A DNA stretch of 36,348 bases from Chiloscyllium plagiosum. Taxonomy: Eukaryota. Position 1 is the first letter of the stretch, and each line of letters starts with the position of its first letter. Of the stretch, positions 32,850 to 36,348 are shown in pieces. The notes beneath the pieces are model-generated. The model saw only the letters and a program-made list of their open reading frames with translations, was not told the origin of the DNA and searched no databases. The stretch spans positions 6,372 through 42,719 of the forward strand of contig NW_025214381.1 in assembly GCF_004010195.1 (NCBI RefSeq). The letters are read 5' to 3'. Made by a program: the position numbers and the translations under genes.

Positions 32850-33150
32850 ATAATGCATCGTGCACAAGTCATTGATTCATGATCTAGAGCCACAGAATAA
32901 TAATCTGTTAATATAAAGGAAATTGGTAGCATTGAAGTGAAACCATCATCATTTAGTATAAAAAGCCCATCGGCTTGCCTCATGTCCTTTAGTGAAGGCA
33001 ATGGGTTATCCTTCCCTGATCAGGTCTCTGTGTGACTGCAAACCCACAGCAATGTGTTTTACTCTTTACTGTCCTGTGGAACATCTGAACCAGCCACTCA
33101 GTTCAAGCTCAGCATAACATGCTGGCCTGACCTATGAGGGAAGAACAAAA
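32850..33150 (+). mobile_element. Decayed elasmobranch SINE-like repeat
   Basis: aaaagcccatc..catgtcctttagtgaagg..gtgactgcaaacccacagcaatgtg..agccactcagttcaag resembles an abundant shark interspersed repeat (from recall). Confidence 0.5.
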
Positions 33151-33349
33151 TGAAAGATAGCTCCCTACTCTGCCTGTTTACCATATTCCTACAGCTCATT
33201 TCGATTCAGGTGGGTGACCATTCCTTATTTCAAGTGCATTCTTTCTTAGTCTTTCCCTGAGTGTGATGTTCATTTCCGTGGCACCTCTGGTGTTGACTTT
33301 GTTGATGCTCACATATAGATGTCAGAAGCTTTTAAATTCTACGTCAGTT

Positions 33350-33680
33350 TCAGTTTAGCGAGAAGGAGAGGCTTTTTACGCCATAGGGAAAAAAAAGCTG
33401 TCTCAGTTAGGAAAAGGAATTATTGTGATCAAACCTGAGAGTGTTGTTGAGGCAGTCTTGGGAAATTGTGGACAGATTTTTTTTCCTTTATAAGAAATAA
33501 TCGCCCTGCCACAGAGATAGTGCAAAGGTATTTCACCAGACTAATCCTTGGGATGGTGGTAAAATGAGGGGTGAATGAAGATTTATCTTTAGCGCTGTGA
33601 GAGAATAAAAGATGATTGCATTGAAACTTAAGGAGAATGGCCAGTCTCTCATGATGTTCTAAACAGACATTGATACGGTG
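33350..33680 (+). mobile_element. Old CR1 RT-thumb fragment
   Basis: Degenerate L..C.Q..P..EIVQRYFTRLILGM..DDCIET. Confidence 0.55.
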
Positions 33681-33765
33681 ATAAAATCCATGGCTTGTTT
33701 TTAACTCGGGTTACAAGAGCGTCTGAGAACGTTCCCCTCATCCCACCCTCACTCCCTATATCGAC

Positions 33766-33797
33766 AGAGAGAGAGTGAGAGCGAGAGAGAGAGAGAG
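33766..33797. repeat. Imperfect (GA)n microsatellite
   Basis: agagagagagtgagagcgagagagagagagag. Confidence 0.9.
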
Positions 33798-34399
33798 GGT
33801 CAGACTTTGAATATAGTGCATTTGGTGTGTGATCCTACATTTAACATCACGTTATCCAAAATCCTGACAGCAGCCACAATGTCTTCATTCTAAAACAGTT
33901 AACTATTCCCATCATCTTCTGACCTCCATGGAGAACATGGGTATGTCGTCTCAGAGATGGAAGATGCCTCTTTGAGACTTGATACAAAACATTTGGCTTC
34001 CCTCCTCACTGCCAGCAAACCACGTTAAAGTAGCAGAAGTTCCACCGGCAAGTGACCCACGAGGAACCTCGTAGAGCCATCCATGATTGCAGTCTCTGCT
34101 TCATTGGTTTGTTGTATTGGAGCATCAGTGACACTCTCCTGCTCATGTATAACTATCTTGTGGGGCTGAATGGCCTTCTCCAGGTCCCATGGAACAGGTT
34201 CAAGCGTCTGATTCGACTCTACCTGATCCTGTTTTACAGCCCGATGTACTGACCAGACCCCATTCCCTTCCTGTGGAACAAGCAGGAGTATTGAATGGGC
34301 TGTCCCTCTTCTTGTTCAGTAGTTTCGATGGGCTGAATGGCTTCCACATTTCTGTATGTAACCAGCTTGAGATGTTGACTGAGCTCCTCTTTTAACTGT

Positions 34400-34830
34400 G
34401 TCTGACAGCACTGTTACATGAATGTTACCGACACATTAACAGCACAAGCCTGAATGCTGTCTGGGTCTTACTGAACACGGACACAGACTTTATCAGGAGA
34501 TAATGGGAGACAAAATGTTCTGAACATTGTGTAACCCTCAGTGACCATCCCCACATCCGGTCTAATGATGGGGAAAGATATTGATGAAGCAGCTGAAGAT
34601 GTTTGTGCTGAGGAAGCTACCCTGAGGATTTACTGAAGGGATGCCGTGGGATTGAGATTTTCGGCCCCCAAACAGGCATCTTCCTTTGTGCTCGAAAGGA
34701 CCCCAGCCAGTGGCGAGGGGACACCTGATTCCCATTAAGCTCAAATAAGATGGCGCTTCCGATGACATTCTCAGTCAAATACTGCCTTGATATCAAGGCT
34801 ATTCACTCTTTGCTGAGCCCCTGTGTTCCC
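34400..34830 (-). mobile_element. Old CR1/L2-clade RT fragment
   Basis: ORF 34562-34768 ends PQGSFLSTNIFSCFINIFP (compare GVPQGSVLGPTIFSCFINDLP). Confidence 0.7.
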
Positions 34831-34849
34831 CTCTTGTTCATATCAATAG

Positions 34850-35106
34850 GTGACTGTGGGGAGTGTTTACCTCACACAGAGGGTAGTGAATGTCAGGAAT
34901 TATCTTGTCTCGAGAGCTAGGGGAGCTACATCACTGAAAATATTTAAAAAGGTGGTAGATGGATTTTTGATCTGCCAGAGAGCTGAGAGGTTGTGAAGAA
35001 TTGGACATAAAAGATGAGTTAATATGAACAGAACATTGGCCATGATCGTATACAATGTCTTGATTAACTGAACGACATGATCCTGTTCCTTATTTCTTAT
35101 ATTCTG
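34850..35106 (+). mobile_element. CR1 3' end
   Basis: Reads LTQRVVNVRNYL..SLKIFKKVVDGFL, followed by a 3' UTR-like tail. Confidence 0.7.
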
Positions 35107-35461
35107 AAATTACAAAGCTAATGGTTGTAATTTTCCTGCACGTTCTGTTATTGAACGTTCCAATCAGAGAGAGCAAAGTACTTTATGAGTGATCACTAAA
35201 GATTCGTCTGGGGGTTGAATTCACAGTGAATCTGGGTCTATACCATGACCAACAAATGAAACACAAATTACAGAGAGGAGACACTCTGTAAAGAGACCAG
35301 AGTTGTCTTTCGAACCCAGCCTGGGTTTTGAAGTAACATTTTCCAACCCACACCAAACTGTGTGACAACCTGGAGGGAATGAATGAGATCCTGTGTTACT
35401 GTGGACCAAGTGTTTGAAGCAAGATGCCCCCGTCAGCACCAGTGCAGGAGGTTTGAGGGGC

Positions 35462-35870
35462 TGAATTGAACATAGGAACATTGGACTGAGGAGCAGGGGT
35501 GGGTCATTCGACACGTTGTCACTGCTCCACAAGGCACTAAGATCGTAGATGATCTGATTGTGGCTTCAGCAGCACTTTTCTGTCTGTATACCATTTTCCT
35601 ACATGCACCTGTCTGTCAAATGTTTGAATACAGCACAACTTGAACAAATGCAAACATCCAGGCACCACAAACGTTCGGTAAAGGGAATTCCCACTTGAAC
35701 AGTCCAATAAGAATTTTTCATTCGTGTTCCGACAAAGGTTGGAGGGTAACTGTGTCATTTTCCAGTCCCACTCCTCCACTGGTTACAACAAATTTTAAAT
35801 GTAGCCAGTTTAGTGATATGACCAGTTGTTTAATACTCAGACAGGGTAATTTTTGAGAAAAATGTGAGAT
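35462..35870 (-). mobile_element. Old CR1 3' end
   Basis: gaacataggaac..ggagcagg..cattc tail in reverse, and RNTNEKFLLDCSSGNSL resembling a decayed R.NFF.QRVV..WNSL. Confidence 0.6.
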
Positions 35871-36348
35871 GCAGGGAGTTAAACTCACAAAAAATGGTAA
35901 AAAGATAGTGTGTCCCAAATGTTATTCTGCCTTTGAGATTATTCTACTCACACAATGGGATTTATTTGTGGAACAGTTGGATTTGGCTGAACACCCCTTG
36001 CTTCCGGCAGTGGAGAGATTCCAATGAGTCCTCACCAGGAATCCTTCACGAGTGGTGAAGATAACTCAGGGATTTTATGGTCTCACATTTTTCTATTGGG
36101 GGGTTGGGGGGACAAAGTAAGAGAGAAAATCAATCAGCTGCTGCTTCTCAGGCAGGGAACATGTTTCTACCTCTCTGTGTTGAACCGTACAATAATGTCA
36201 ACTGAACATCAAACTGGGCCATGTGTGCTCTCCTGGAGCATTCTCTGGATCGGATGTTAATGGACGATATGAAGGTGCATCATCGCTGTTGTACACAGCG
36301 CCTTTCATTAGAAAGAAAAGTCCCTGCTTTATCCTCTGATGACATGTT

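Noticed and set aside
32415..36348. Second exon of the GPCR
   Set aside because: No long ORF or TM2-TM7 motifs; the region is decayed L2, CR1 and SINE sequence consistent with an intron.

Overview
Eukaryotic, repeat-dominated DNA, almost certainly from a cartilaginous fish. The evidence is HE1/V-SINE-type tRNA-derived SINEs, shark-type CR1 LINEs with (TTCTATG)n tails and Penelope GIY-YIG relics; a carpet shark is plausible but not provable here. Most of the window is nested, decayed CR1 fragments. It also holds a decayed endogenous retrovirus fragment (integrase plus env SU, minus strand, ~12140-14300) and a strand-asymmetric G/T-rich ~60-bp satellite (~15247-29456). The satellite has higher-order structure and is interrupted by CR1s, SINEs, a 104-N gap and a ~2.3-kb foreign island. 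One host-gene feature is present: a putative first coding exon of a GPR139/GPR142-like class A GPCR (32282-32414, + strand, phase-1 GT donor) whose second exon is not in the window. No prokaryotic system, CRISPR array or intact autonomous element is supported. The most interesting observations are the GPCR exon, a CR1 with twin-priming-like inversion geometry, the atypical ERV env, a captured DNA island in the satellite, several short microhomology tandem duplications and degenerate hammerhead-like motifs in Penelope relics. Repeat boundaries are by-eye estimates.
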